Below, one piece after another: positions 49,196-62,030 of a DNA stretch of 64,000 nucleotides (within the stretch, counting starts at the first letter, position 1; each line of letters begins with the position of its first letter). The stretch covers positions 1 to 64,000 of the forward strand of contig FLMG01001670.1 of assembly GCA_900088475.1 (NCBI GenBank), read 5' to 3'. The DNA is from Hyphochytrium catenoides (taxonomy: Eukaryota; Protista; Hyphochytriomycota). The notes under the pieces are model-generated. The model worked only from the letters and a program-made list of their open reading frames with translations. It was not told the DNA's origin and did not search any database. The position numbers and the translations under genes were made by a program.

Positions 49196-52100
49196 TTAGC
49201 TAGCTTCAGGGCTTGTAACACTTACTAGCCTGCCATGAGCCATCCTTGCCACGCGATCTGCAATATCGGTCATCTCTTCTCTGGCACAGATAGCAATGAT
49301 AGTGCTTGTAGGGAAGACCTCGCGTATCAGCTGCCGAAGAGGAGGGTGTAGATTAGGGCTTTTAGGAATGATCTGCGAAGAAAGAGCTTGAAGAGAGAAG
49401 CAGCAGACAGAGAAAGAGAGAAGAGAGAGAAAGGCGAGATTTACTGCTAGAAGGCCTTAATCCGTCAGAAGCAGGCTGAAAGTGTGAAGGATGATACTGG
49501 CAGTGACAACAGGGAGACCATCACCTGCAGTAGTTCCCTGTCAGCTTCCACGCTGGAACTACCCGTAGCTAGGTCAACGAGAACGATCCGACGTTTGAGA
49601 AGAATCTGTCGAGCGACGACCAACCGAAGCTGATCACTTATGCCAAGACCAATGCTTGCAACCTGTGTTTGAATAGCAAGTTAAGTGTTTGAAAAAGAGG
49701 CAATGATTCTAAGGAACATTAGAACTGCGACAATGCCGTGGCCCACGTCCTGGATGAGGAGTGATAACTGAGGAAAGAGCTGAAAAACACAAGCCATAGA
49801 CATAACTTAATGAAAGAGAGGTCCGATACTGCTGGATGGCGGTATGCAGAGAAAGGACAAAAGATTCGTTTTTACCTATCTCTAGTTGATAGAGCCAGAA
49901 AGATAGAGAATATTGGCGCGAGCGCCGAGAAGAGTTGAAGGTTAACGGATCGAAAGCGTCGCAGCGTAGGTTGATACCTGTGCAGCGCTTTCTCCATGGA
50001 ACAAATAACTGAGCCCTACGGCACCTAAAGCCTCTGCAAGCTGACGGTCCTGGAACTCTCCAAAAGGATCAATAAGTTCGCGCAATGTCCCTACCAGGCG
50101 GCAGAGGAGGAGACAGTAGGATCAGCTTCTAAGCCCGTGTACGCTGGACTTGCGGCCCGCTTTCCCGGCGCGCACAGATGTCTTCTTCTCTGTCGTCATA
50201 TCGTCCCTCAAGTCTTTGGACATATCTCTATTGTCTACTTACCTTTCATCAGCGGGTCATACAGCGTCACAACTCCTATCGCAGTTCTCAACCTTTCCAC
50301 GCCAACATGTTGCGAGTCAATGGTATCTATGACAATTTTCCCACTTGCAAGCGGATTGATGGCTAGTAATGACATGAGCAGTGTCATTTTCCCGGCCCCC
50401 GGCGGCCCGACAAAGCACAGAAGCTCTCCCGAAGCAACGTGAAGGTTCAGATCCTGCAAACGCGACAGCGTCAGAACACCTTAAAGTGCGACCAGTAAGT
50501 TGGAGCTGGGTGTCCAGCTAACTTCCTATCCCCTACTTGAAAGAGTGCGAGGCCTTTCCCCCTAGCACCAGCCCTCATTTTTACCCATGCATCTTCAAGT
50601 GCTAGCTTCTTTAGCAGTCAGAAGCAATGTCTGATCATCCTGCCTCTCTGACTGAGCCTGTTAATTGGTGCTCAACGTACTTGACCTCTACTAGGAATCC
50701 ACTCTCTCTTCCTCCTTTTCCCACCCAGATACCTTTAGGGCAAGCCAGTCCTCTGGCTTGTATCTGAAACTAACGTCCTTGAAAGTAATATCTCCTCTGT
50801 CTGGCCAAGATGAAGGCACTGAGGAGTCAGAGAGAAGAACCCGGCGTTCCGAAGGAACTGAGTGGATCAGTTGGTAGATTTTTTGAAGACTAGTGCCCTA
50901 AAGAAGAAGAGATACAAGACTTAGTATCAACATAGAACCATCAAGCCAGACATTCACGCCTGCACGGACACCAAGAAGCCTGGAGAAGTCATCTGTCTTT
51001 ATGGTCTCAGTCAAGAGGTAAAGAATGGAAGCAGAAAAGGATGGGATCGAAAGTCCCACGAACAGTCAGTCGGATGAGAAAGATGTTGGTAACAGTAGGT
51101 CACCTCAGCCTTCACCGCTAAGAAGTACAATTAGTATTTAGCCGAGCTACCTACGTGCTCACCTGACTAGCAACAAAGCCGAGGCTTGCAATCCAGCTCT
51201 CCAGGCTCGGCTCTAAAGCCATAGCGTATACCATGACAAGGCCCAGAAGAGACGGCGACAGCCAGGAGGGCGGCCAAAATAGTGCGAGACAGGCGGCACA
51301 AAAGAGGACTACAGCGGCTACAAGCTGGGCCCGAACCTCCATCCATTCCGTACAAGAAAAGTAAGCAAAGAGACATTCGTGATGGGCATCTGTCACCTCG
51401 TGGTATCTGTAGCATAGGGATGGCCGGAATAGAGGACATAGAGGGAGTTAGGTTGCAATTCGGTAACAAGGATAGACGTCAGGGTAGGAAACATCTCAAA
51501 GATCTCTACGTCTAGCCTATTGGCATATAAGGTACTCCGTGTCCGGTCTTGCCACCCCCGCCCATGTTCGGTTCGAATCCATCGCTACAATGTCTTTTGG
51601 TCTTACCGTCTTTTGGATCTCTTCCCTTGCAGTGTTCCGAAGGCAGTAATAGTCCCCAAGCCCTCGAAAGTCCCAGCAATGGTGTCATTAAGCTCCTCAT
51701 GGGCATCATGCCCTAGCTTCTGGACCTCCCGCATTCCCAAGAGATAGGGCCGGGCGATAAGGAGGAAGTATAACGAGATAGGAAGTAGCAAAAGGGCAAG
51801 GAGCCTACGAAAAGAATGGGTCCAGAGACAATCAAAATGGCTTAGACCTCCTGCACCACTAGTAAAACCGGGACATGCCTTTGATTAATCACCTGGTAAA
51901 GACTGCAAGAACAGTTATGATAGATAGCACCGAGAAGGACGTCGCCAACACGTTTCCTAATGCAAAGGGCAGACGGAGGTCAATATTCTCCTGGTCTTCC
52001 GCCAGCACTCTTTTCACTGTCTTCGTGTTGGATCTAGAAAGGAAGGACAAGGGAGCACGAAGAGTCTTTCCGAGTGTCCGCTGATGAATCGCTTGAGAGG

Positions 52101-55100
52101 CTCTGAACCCAGCGATTTGTACGATAGACGTCCGTACAACGATGACCAGTACCGAAGAAGCTGCAAATGCTGCGTAGAACGCGTAGAAACGGAGATCTCC
52201 TTTGATGTCAAGGGAAGCAGACGACGATGACTAGATGTACGCAAGCAAAGTGCAGGTTACAACCCGGCAGAAAAAGAGCGCAGTGGTCATCCCTCCATAA
52301 CTGAATGGAAGTGAGTTCACAGGCCAAGGGCGAGGGACCTAACGCAGTAGATTGGATGCAACAAGGAGGAACAGAAGTGGCACAGGTAGGGGAATATTGG
52401 AATAAGAGGTAGAGAGATATAGTCGAAGCCTACCCAGCTGGCTAAAGTCCAATCAGACATGAAGGAGAGGATTTGCCATCCAATCTGTACTAAGATTAGG
52501 ACAATCAGGATCAAGAAGCTGCCGGCGTTGTCAAAATAGCGAAAGAGGGATGCCGAGAGGGATGGACTGTCCTTCAATAGCTCGTCGTAGTCCACTAACG
52601 TGTTCTAAGGTGTAAGGCCCAGTGCAAATGGAAAACAGACGACCGTGAGCGTTGAAGGGTGTGAGCGAATTNNNNNNNNNNGTCTTGTGCAAGATCGAGT
52701 CATTAAAAGTCTTGACCTTTCTCTCCGCTGAGGAAAAGCCTTCCGCTAGCAGATCCTCACTTGTAATCCCTACACAACAGATAGCAACGGGTGAGAGGAG
52801 GCCACCACAGAAGGAAAAGAATCCTAATGAACGTAGGTCAATCGACGCCGCCAAAGAAGCACCTAAGGAAAAGGGCAGAACAATAGCAAATCAACGAGCT
52901 TGGTACATGAGTGACTAGTTTATGGTCGTTGGCATATCCTACCAACCGTAGCCCCAGCCCAGGGCTTGCTAATAGACTCCAGGAATAGCGAATCATCGTC
53001 ATGCATGCTGACCGAGGTGGCAGCGGAGTGGAAGGAGGACAGACTCTCTCCTGAACCCCTCCTCTCCTTCTCCTTCGCTTTATCCTCTGCTAAGCTTATA
53101 TTTGAAGGGAGATCGTATTCTGGTAGCTTCAAAGCTTTTGCTGATATATTCCGGACGGTTACGTCGCCCTTCTCTGAGACCGTTATTGTCCTGTCCAACT
53201 GTCAAGAAAATGAGCCTTCCTATTCGTTCCAGCTGTAGTACGTTGGCTCTTCACTTCATTTGTCCCTTTGCTTCCTTCTTCGCTACCCCCGTTAGTGACT
53301 AATTTTCAAGGATGCTTCTCCTTTCCATGACCTCCAAACGTTAAAACCTACCCCTTTGTCGGGGAGGAAAGCTAGTTGCATCTGCCTTTGCCCTCCCACT
53401 ATATTCCCACGACTCCCTCTGTTTGAAGTACACTCTTACCATTGGATGCTTGGCGAGCTCTCTTATACTAGATGCTAGCATCACCGTCCTGCCTCTCTTT
53501 ACTAATAGTTCCACCAGGGCATCTTTTACTAGCGCCAGAGATAGCCGAAGAGACATCGCTCTGAATGGGGAGTCCAGGACAACCAAGTGGGCTTCTGAGT
53601 AGCAGCACCGAGCGAGGGCAATGCGTGCTTGAAGACTTGCCGGAGCCCTCGAAGTAACCTACGGCCAAGGGTAGACATGTGAGAAGGATACAGCAAGAGC
53701 AAAGCAGCAAGTTCATGTCTCTAGTTAGCTCTATTCCTCATGCTCTTCGCCGACTCCTAGCCATACCAGGGTGGCGTCCCCTTCTTTCATAACCGCTAGA
53801 TCTTCCAGCAGATGGCAGGCAGCGAGCACCCTGTTATACTTTGGGATGTCATATAGCCGGCCAAATAATATATTCTCACGGATACTGCGACGCTAAAACA
53901 GCAAAAATGGGTTGAACAAGGACACCGTTAGAGCGCAGCTCCACTGTGTAGAAAAGAGGAGACGGTAGAGAAGGGGAACTGGGACGTGATAGAAGGACTT
54001 CCACAGTTTATCCTCTTGCACTGAACGAGGTAGCCTTGGAGACTATGAGGAGGATGCTGGCAGAAGATCTGTTGGTCAGCTACCTGCAACCAAGGTTCCC
54101 CAGACCCGTAGGCCACGTCTCCTGCAAGGAACATTCTTCCTTTCTCCTTTCTATAAAGACCAGCTAACGCTCTGCACAGTCCAGACTTGGCTTGACTCTT
54201 GTCTTCCTCTGAGCGTATGAGAACAAACTCTCCTCTTCCTACGCATAGACTGACAGCACTAAGAGCCACCCTAGGCAACTTAGATCCTGACTCTTTCGTC
54301 ACAATGTCCTTGGGGTCCACGAAATCTGCAAGAGATCTATTACTTAGGGAGAGACTTGATGACAGGGTATAAGAATAAAAAGGTATGGAATCAGAGCCAT
54401 CCTATGCACTTTGCAAATTGAACGCATTTGCCAAAGGACAAGGAAAAGTTCAGCTGGACAAGAAGAGATTTGAGGGTTGCGGTTTAGCCATTCTTACCTC
54501 CACCATTGATGCAAAGAAGGATAGTAGAGGGAATAGAGCCTGGACCATACTCCTCTGCTCCTTGAGGAGTATCCACGTCCTTTTCTTCCAAATCCAGAAA
54601 AGAAAGCAGACGCGAGAGAGAGACCTTGCACAGAATGATGGAGCTGATATACGTAGGAAGGCTTCGGAGGGGAGTCTGCAGACGTCAAAAGAGCAGTTCG
54701 CTTTGTGAGTCGTCTCCCACACAGGACCCAAGGAGTTTATTAACAGAAGCCGCAGAAATATGGCTCGATTGTTTAGAGCTTTAGACAACGATACCCTGAG
54801 GAGACTCAGCCCAGGCAGCAGCGAGCTTAATAGATTTGTCTTAAGAGTGACTTGCCAGCCAGACTCATTAGGAATCACCAGGACACAGAGGAAAAGACAG
54901 CAGGACAGAGGAAATGACAACACGACAGTGATGCTTACCAAGAATCCCCAAGCCTTACCTGGATCATCTGCAATAACAGGATGGCAGTAAACACCTTAGG
55001 AGGCGATAGAGCTTTCCCTTGCACCAAAGCATAAAAGCCGAAAGTGGCAAGAATGACTAGGAACGGGATGCTCCACAGGAGGATGATATTGACAGCCCCG

Positions 55101-57176
55101 TACATGAGGTAGCTGGAAATCTAGGAAGAGGTGACCGAAAGAGAGAAGGAAAGAATTGTAAAACCCCCAGTTTTGAAGCGTAAACAGTTCGAAGAAGAAC
55201 CACGGCAACACTTCCCACTCTGAGTTCAAACACAGAAAGCGGCAGTCCACTAACGATGGTTGTCAGCCTGCCCAGTAGGGAACAAAGAGACTTTTGTATT
55301 GCAACGAGTACGATTTTGGGCGAGGTGACGGGGAGGTAGGCCAGTTGCAGCCCAATATCCATCAAAATCGAGTGATCAGTTGTCAAACAACGGCCTGATA
55401 AAGAGAAAAGGCACGAGGTACGTCGCTTTTTTTAGGCTCCTCACCTCCTTGGCCTCTGTCGCTCTAGCTGTTCTTTGAACATACAGGGTGGATTTCTCCT
55501 CCCAGGCGTTGAACTTGATAATAGGAAGAGCATCGAGCAGCTTGGAAATTGCCGCTAGCCTTTGGCGTGAGCTTTCCGTCAGGCTCTGATAGACGCGACA
55601 CTAAAGATTTGAGAGCCAGAACCAGTATTACGGGGAGGAAGACGGAGTTGGAAGCTCATTAGAAAGAGGCAAAGACCCTAAATAAGCAAGAGGCTAAGGA
55701 AAGAAAAAAGAGGTAGAGGGTCCTATTGCACGACTACAGCTCGACTCTTAACCAAGACTGAAATGCCATTGGGCAGAGGAACTTTTGATCAAGCAAAAAG
55801 AGCATAATACGGTACACCGCAGGGGAAGAGGCCCAAGTGACGAAGCATCAACTACGGCACCTGTCTGACGCTGATCCAGTTGTTCACAATGAGAAGTAAG
55901 ACATTTAACGCCAGCCCTAACAACGCTGCGGGCCCGAACATGAGGCAAAGCGTGATGGAGATGGCGAGAGAGAGAAGAGGAAGTGCCCAAAGCTGATGTA
56001 AGGCGAAGAGGCAGTTGATGACATTTCCCACGTCAACAGTGAAAAGNNNNNNNNNNNNNNNNNNNNNNNNNNNNNNNNNNNNNNNNNNNNNNNTGAAGGT
56101 ATAGAGCGGCTTGCCAGATATCGAACTCCATACTAAGGGCAAGAAGATCTGGAAGAGGTAGGCCGTCGTAGGACAGAGTGAAAGAGTTCAAAAGATGCTG
56201 TCCCACCTTCGTCTCTCTGGCGGTCACTGAGAGGTTGAGGACTTTAGAGTAAAGTAGACCCTTCAGCCCGCCCGTCACCTCCATCATCTGCAGCTGCGAC
56301 TGATGGAAAAAGTGTATAAAGAAGAAGGTTTTTAGAAGACGAGAGAGAAAGAGAGAGAATAAGAGCAATAGGAGTTGGCTTGTCCGTGGTAGAAAGTCCA
56401 GGAACGTAGGGATGGCAAGTGCGGATAAAGATGAAGGAGAAGACAAGTAGGTAGAGGACACGGAGTGTGCCTCGAGGAAAGGAGAGCCAATCCAAGAGAG
56501 TGACGTGGTTCCGTTCGCATGACGGGAAGTGCTGGCTGGCTCCTCTCTATCACCGCGCGAGTATCTTCTTTCGCCCACTTGAACGAGAAGAAAGACAGAA
56601 AGAGGAGCGACTAGGTCCATCAGAAGGGCGACAGCGAGGAAGAGCCCAAGGCGACGGTAACTCCTCGCATTGACTTCCGATATGACGGTAAAAAGAGACG
56701 AGGACGATCCTTCTTTGGCTCTCTCTTTCTCCCAAGCTCTGCTATATCGCCCCGTCGCTATCTTGGACTGAGCTGATGAAGGGAGTGACCAAAGGTTGAA
56801 CTGCCGGAGCACAGGAGGCAGACCCCGTACGGCATTCCTTCCTATGTTTTGTTGGCGCGCTTATGAGAGAGAGAGCATTAGTAAGCAAAGAAGATAGCGA
56901 GAAAGTCTTGATGGACGAGAAGACTGATGAAGCGATAAGGTGGAGCTGGCAGAGTTAGGAGACGGATGTACTATGCCATCACCTACCTCTAGCCGCTCTT
57001 CTGATCAAAGGCCAGGCCCAGGTAAAGGTCAGCCTTGACCAAAGAGGTGCAGACTCGTCGGGACTCTTGGGCTTGTTTGTGACATGAGCGCTGTCAGAGA
57101 GGCCAAAAGTGCTATAGTGGGGAGGAGAAGAGGAGGAACCAGGGCCAGGAGAGGGTAGCAGGGGAGCAGTGGCCAT
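49196..57176 (-). CDS. ABCC/MRP-family full-length ABC protein (short form, no TMD0) with both NBDs degenerate
   Basis: Lasso motif SPDESAPLWSRLTFTWAWPLIRRA, then TMD1 and NBD1 (GDVAY..EPWLQ, SIRENILFG, RIALAR). TMD2 and NBD2 follow (WPDRGDITFKDVSFRY, GPPGAGKM, LRTAIG, DPFGEF). Ends GRLVSVTSPEAS*. N-gaps at 52672-52681 and 56047-56093 appear intronic. Confidence 0.9.
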
Positions 57177-57984
57177 GATGGACTACGGAGGAAGAGACCG
57201 AAAGAGACAAGGGTAGCGAGAGAGAGGGAGAGAGAAAGAGAGAGAAGGAGAGAGAGAAGACAGTGACCGTGAGAGCCTTAAGAACGATGGCCTTTCCTCT
57301 TCTTTCTCTGACTTCAACTTGCCGCTAGTAACTCCAGTCAAGCCTGGACTCTGACCCACGCAGAATCCTTCCTTCGATCTCACCAAATGGCGTTCTGACT
57401 GAGACGCCAACCCGTCAGAGGATGTCCCGCAGGCTGCCAAAGGTGTGAGCACTGATGCGCGTGAGGGTGGGGTAGGTAGGAAGAGGAAAAGAGGGAGACA
57501 GAAAGAGAGAGAGAAGCATGGAACGGAAGAGCGCGCGAGAGACAGAGACAGAGAGAGAGAAAGAGAGAGAGAAAGACAGAAGGAAGAGATATTTGTTTCT
57601 TGGTTTTCTACTACAAACTGCATCTTCCATTATCCTATGATCGGTCTTGATATCTCTCCGCAAGAATCCCTAATGCTTTGCGCCTCTCTGTCTCTCAGTT
57701 CTCGTATCTCCTGGTTTGAGTACCCATGTCCTGCATCCTTTCACCTCTGCAATTCACCAGGAGCGACGGGGTTTCGAGAGGAAGAAGAAGAAGAGGCACG
57801 CGAAGAGAGCAGCGCGAGAGAGACTCTATCCCGAGACAATAGAGAGGAATAGAGGCGAGTCTAGCAAGTGAAGTCGGTCGAGGGACAGGGTATCGAAGTT
57901 GGAGGGAGAAGGGAGATATTGCGACAGCGGAAGCCTAGACTCGCTTTCTTGCTGAGAGAAAAAGAGTCTCTGTGCCTCTAAACC

Positions 57985-60900
57985 ATGAGCAAGCTCCCTC
58001 CCCTTTCGGTCGGTAGCAGAAATGCGGAGCGCTCAGACCTTTCTCCAGCCAAGAAAAGTGGTCCAAGCGCGCAGGTAGTAGCGATCGATGCTAATTTTAT
58101 GTGATACTGATGGACTCGATCGATGGCAGTATCCCTAGGAGGAGGGTGGCAATGATGAGGTATAGAAGAGGGGAAACTGACAGACAGAAGCTTGGGGTTG
58201 ATTTGTGTCAAGCAGCGGCACACAGAGAAAGAGAGCATCATCCGAGTAGCTGTCCTGACCACCTCCTCACGATTTGACGGGCAGGATGTTGATCTACACT
58301 CACGCTTTAAAGTCTATACTCCAAGGGTGCGCAGCCGGTCCTTTCACGTCCTTGGAGGAAAGGAGGGAGGGAAAGAAAGTGCTGGAGCAGCTGTCCAATC
58401 TGAACGCAATCTTCTCTCTGAGTCAAAGCCTGGAGGAACATTAGGAGGCGGATTGCACGCTATTGACGTCAGGGAGCACTCAGACCGATCATCCTTCCGC
58501 TCAGAAGAAGCGGATGAGAGCGACTCTAGCGATAGCGAAGGGGATCAGGACCACCTCTCCCTTCTGGATCCTTACTTCGATCTTACAACCTCAAGACTCA
58601 AAAAGATCTTCTTTCTCTTTGACCAGGACGGTGAGAACACAGCTATGAATATGAGTTCGTTTTCCAATTGCGTCCCATTGTGCTCTAGTTCGTGGTTCTC
58701 TTTCACTTGTCTAAGGATGACGATGAACGGCTTTCAGGTCGTAGATGTTGCCATCCTAGTCGATTCTTGGCTGCTTATCTGTCTAGCCATACCTCTCTGC
58801 TGCAAATGGCAAGGGGCCTTTCTCTCTCTCTTTAATGAGCTTCCTGCCCTCGTTTTCATCCTGCGACGCCCACAGATGACGGTGTTGTCAGCTATGAGAG
58901 TTTCCGGCGTGGGCTTAGCGCCATGGGAATTGGAACGGAGGACGATGACTCTTTCCGTGCCCTTATAAGGAATGTTGATACCGACAACAGCGGTGGCATT
59001 ACATACCAAGAGTTTGAGAGTGCGGTGCAGATGATAAAGATGGCAGACCTATTCAAGCAAGAGACAATAGAGCAGATGACTGACAACTATTCTATACCAC
59101 TCTCCCCTATATATGTGGTGGACTACTCGCCGGAGAAGGTAAGAGAAAGGGTGATTGATGGAAGGCAGAGAAGCAGAAGAGGGAATAATAGCATACAGCT
59201 TTGGAGAAGGTGGAAGGGGTTATTAAGCCGAGAGATTGCAGACACCAAAGGCGTAAGACTGAATGTAGTGTACAGATTTCATGCCACTAGAAAACAGGAG
59301 GCGACATAGATACCTAGGACCTACGAGCAATTGACGTTCACAAAGTCCTAATTCTTACTTGTGCCTTCAGATTCGTTTTCAGGATAACGTCCGTGACCTT
59401 CGCCGCTTCTTCTTCTCTCCACTTCCTTCCTGGGCGACAGTTCGCTGGGTGAACATGGAAGGAATTGACCCTCTAAATTTGAAGCGCTTAGCTATCAGGT
59501 ATAGACTGCATCCTCTGGCAGTTGAAGATGTGCTGAAGGACGAAAGGCAGAGGCCCAAATTTGAGATCTACGAAGATCATAACTTTCTGGTATGGGCATA
59601 GAGCCAATTCTCACCCTGTCCGGGAGTCATGACATCCCTCTCTGGCTGAGTTTATATGACATCCCTCTCTGGCCAAGTTTATGTCCACCACGGGTCGACC
59701 TGCAGCGCCGCGCTTGAGCTGACTCTAGCAATGTTTTCGTTCCTGATTAGCCCTTCCCTATATCCAGGGTGGTCTTCCAATCCTGAGATCTCAAGCCCTT
59801 CTCCCACCGGCTCTTCTTTTGTTGAAATGCCACAGGTTGTACCCTTGCTGAAGATGGGTAAGCGCAGCCATGGGCAGCCCTTTTTGGGCACGATAAAGAA
59901 AGAGATGTCCCACAGAGGAGGCAGCAAAAAGGTTATCTCGACAATTAAGATTTCAACTTGGTCACAAAGCATCTAGTTCCCTTTTGCTAGTGGTTCTCGC
60001 TTTGGCACTCCTCTCTGGTATCGGAGGTAGCCGCATTTCCTCTTGGCAGAACACCTATTTTTTTCACCTTCTTCGGTCCATCCTCTTTAAATCTACCCGC
60101 TTGTGTCCTTCGCCTACCTAATCTGGTCGTGGGTTAGTCCTCTGATACTTTTTTGCGTAAAACAGTCACTGTCCACTAGGCATCCTTTCACAGAGTTCCA
60201 TGAAGAATTCCAAGGCGATAAGGAGCCTGCGTTAGACTTTGTAGTGCAAATGTCTCAGGTTTCCTTATTCATGTTGCCCAAGATGGTGGTCACTGTGACG
60301 GATGAAGAGGATCCGGTGCTGAGAATAGGAATGCACAAGCGGCTAGACACTACTTATGCGAAGGGTAAGGGTTAAAGAAGAGATCCTCCTGAACTGCCTT
60401 CTTATCGTGGATATGCTTACTGCTTCTTAAATGCTCTAGTCTTCCCCATTGTGAATTAAATACTTGAATCTGAAAGTCCCGCGCTTAACTTCTATCCTTG
60501 GTTACGACGTGGCGGTTCCTCATCTCATTAAGCCACAGACAGACCATAACTCTGGGTAATGCCTTCATAAAATTTCATGGCCAAACCCGTCCTTTCAATT
60601 TATTGTTCCCTATGGGTCTTCATTTTGCTTCGTTCTGTGTCCTTCCATCCTTGCCTCGTCTTTCGCCGCGGTGTCTCCTCTAATTGATTGAATGACGCCG
60701 TTTCTTTCTGCCGGCAGTCCGTCAAAATGACGTTCAGTTTCTTATTTACGCCATCCTGGATACGCTGGTGGACGAGCTGGTCCCCATCGTAGTGGCCTTC
60801 CAGGTCGCTGTGACGAAGATGGAGCGAGAACTTCATTCTCTTAGAAGGATTGAAGATTTTAAGCTAAACAGGGTGCAGAGTCTGAAGAGACAGCTGGTAC

Positions 60901-61908
60901 AGGTGCACAGAGCCATCAAACCGATGAGGGAAGTGGTCAGGAACCTTATTGAGGACGAGGTCTTCAACGTACGTGATGCAAAGACGTATTTGGATTCAGC
61001 GCGGATGGCGAGTTCTCCGCGTTTGCCATTCATAAAGTTCCTGGCCTAGAGTTTCATCTTGTCTAGAACAAGCTTTTGTTGTCCGAATAATGCCCCGCTC
61101 TTCATTACTTACCCCCTTGGACCGTACCTTCTTTGGGCGTTATTGTGAGTTTTTTTAGCCACGTGCTAACGAATGATCGCTGTCTAGTTGGTCCATTCTT
61201 GGGGTGATTGAAGACTGCTAACTATGCTCTTGTCTGTGGATGGTTGCTCTTCTTCTCACACCGAGCCTTGTCTGACGACCCTATTCTCTCCTTTAATCTT
61301 TTCTCCTCGTTCACGGTAGAAACATGTCACAATGTACATGAGAGATGTGCACGATCACCTTGTACAGATGTTGGAGGATGCAGAATACGTAATAGAGAAT
61401 TGCAGGAACATAAGCGAAGAGTTCCATAATCTTCGGTCTCAGCGACAGAACGAGGTGATGTATATCCTCACCCTGGTCACGACCATGTTCATACCAGCAC
61501 AATTTCTAACGGTAAGGACCATACAGACAGGGAACAGGGGATTCTCTTCGATGAACATTCTGTACTTGCCTATTATGTGTGTTATTATGTGTGGGAAGGT
61601 TAGCGGCGTTAGGAGAGAGAAAGGGTTAAACCTCATCGCGACCGTGGCTTCTAGCTTCACCTGTGGGAGTGTAAATCGGCTTACATCTGCTATCTTATGT
61701 TTTCTCCTTATGCGTGACTCTCCCTTCCACTTCAATCGTCTCATTCTGGCTACGCCGCTGCTTACCTTCCTAGGGTGTTTATGGGATGAACTTTGACAAT
61801 ATGCCCGAGCTACACTACGAGTATGCATATTACGTTTGGTGGGTCATTGTACTCTGCTTTTTCCTCTCTCTCTTCTTCTACTTTCGGCTGGTCAAGCGAT
61901 GGATCTAG
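57985..61908 (+). CDS. CorA-family Mg2+/divalent cation channel with N-terminal EF-hand pair
   Basis: EF loops DQDDDGVVSYES and DTDNSGGITYQE. CorA motifs RWVNMEG, YRLHPLAVEDVL...[63 protein letters not shown] and a second TM; ends KRWI*. Confidence 0.95.
59629..59682 (+). repeat. 27-bp tandem duplication in a CorA intron
   Basis: ATGACATCCCTCTCTGGC(TG/CA)AGTTTAT x2. Confidence 0.9.
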
Positions 61909-61978
61909 ACAATTGCAAGGAATAAAAATATCTCAGCATCGCATTCTTCACTTCTCCTCTTTCATAATAATGGATAAG

Positions 61979-62030
61979 GCCAATCCTCTAGGCTCAACTG
62001 CCAATCCTCTAGGCTCAACTTGGCAATCCT
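61979..62030 (+). repeat. 21-bp tandem repeat overlapping the ankyrin gene stop codon
   Basis: GCCAATCCTCTAGGCTCAACT x2 plus a partial third copy. Confidence 0.9.

Noticed and set aside
49196-57176. Calling the ABCC gene a pseudogene
   Set aside because: The traced exons are open, splice sites are intact, and changes concentrate on catalytic motifs. Not fully excluded, because some TMD exons and two N-gaps were not completely verified.
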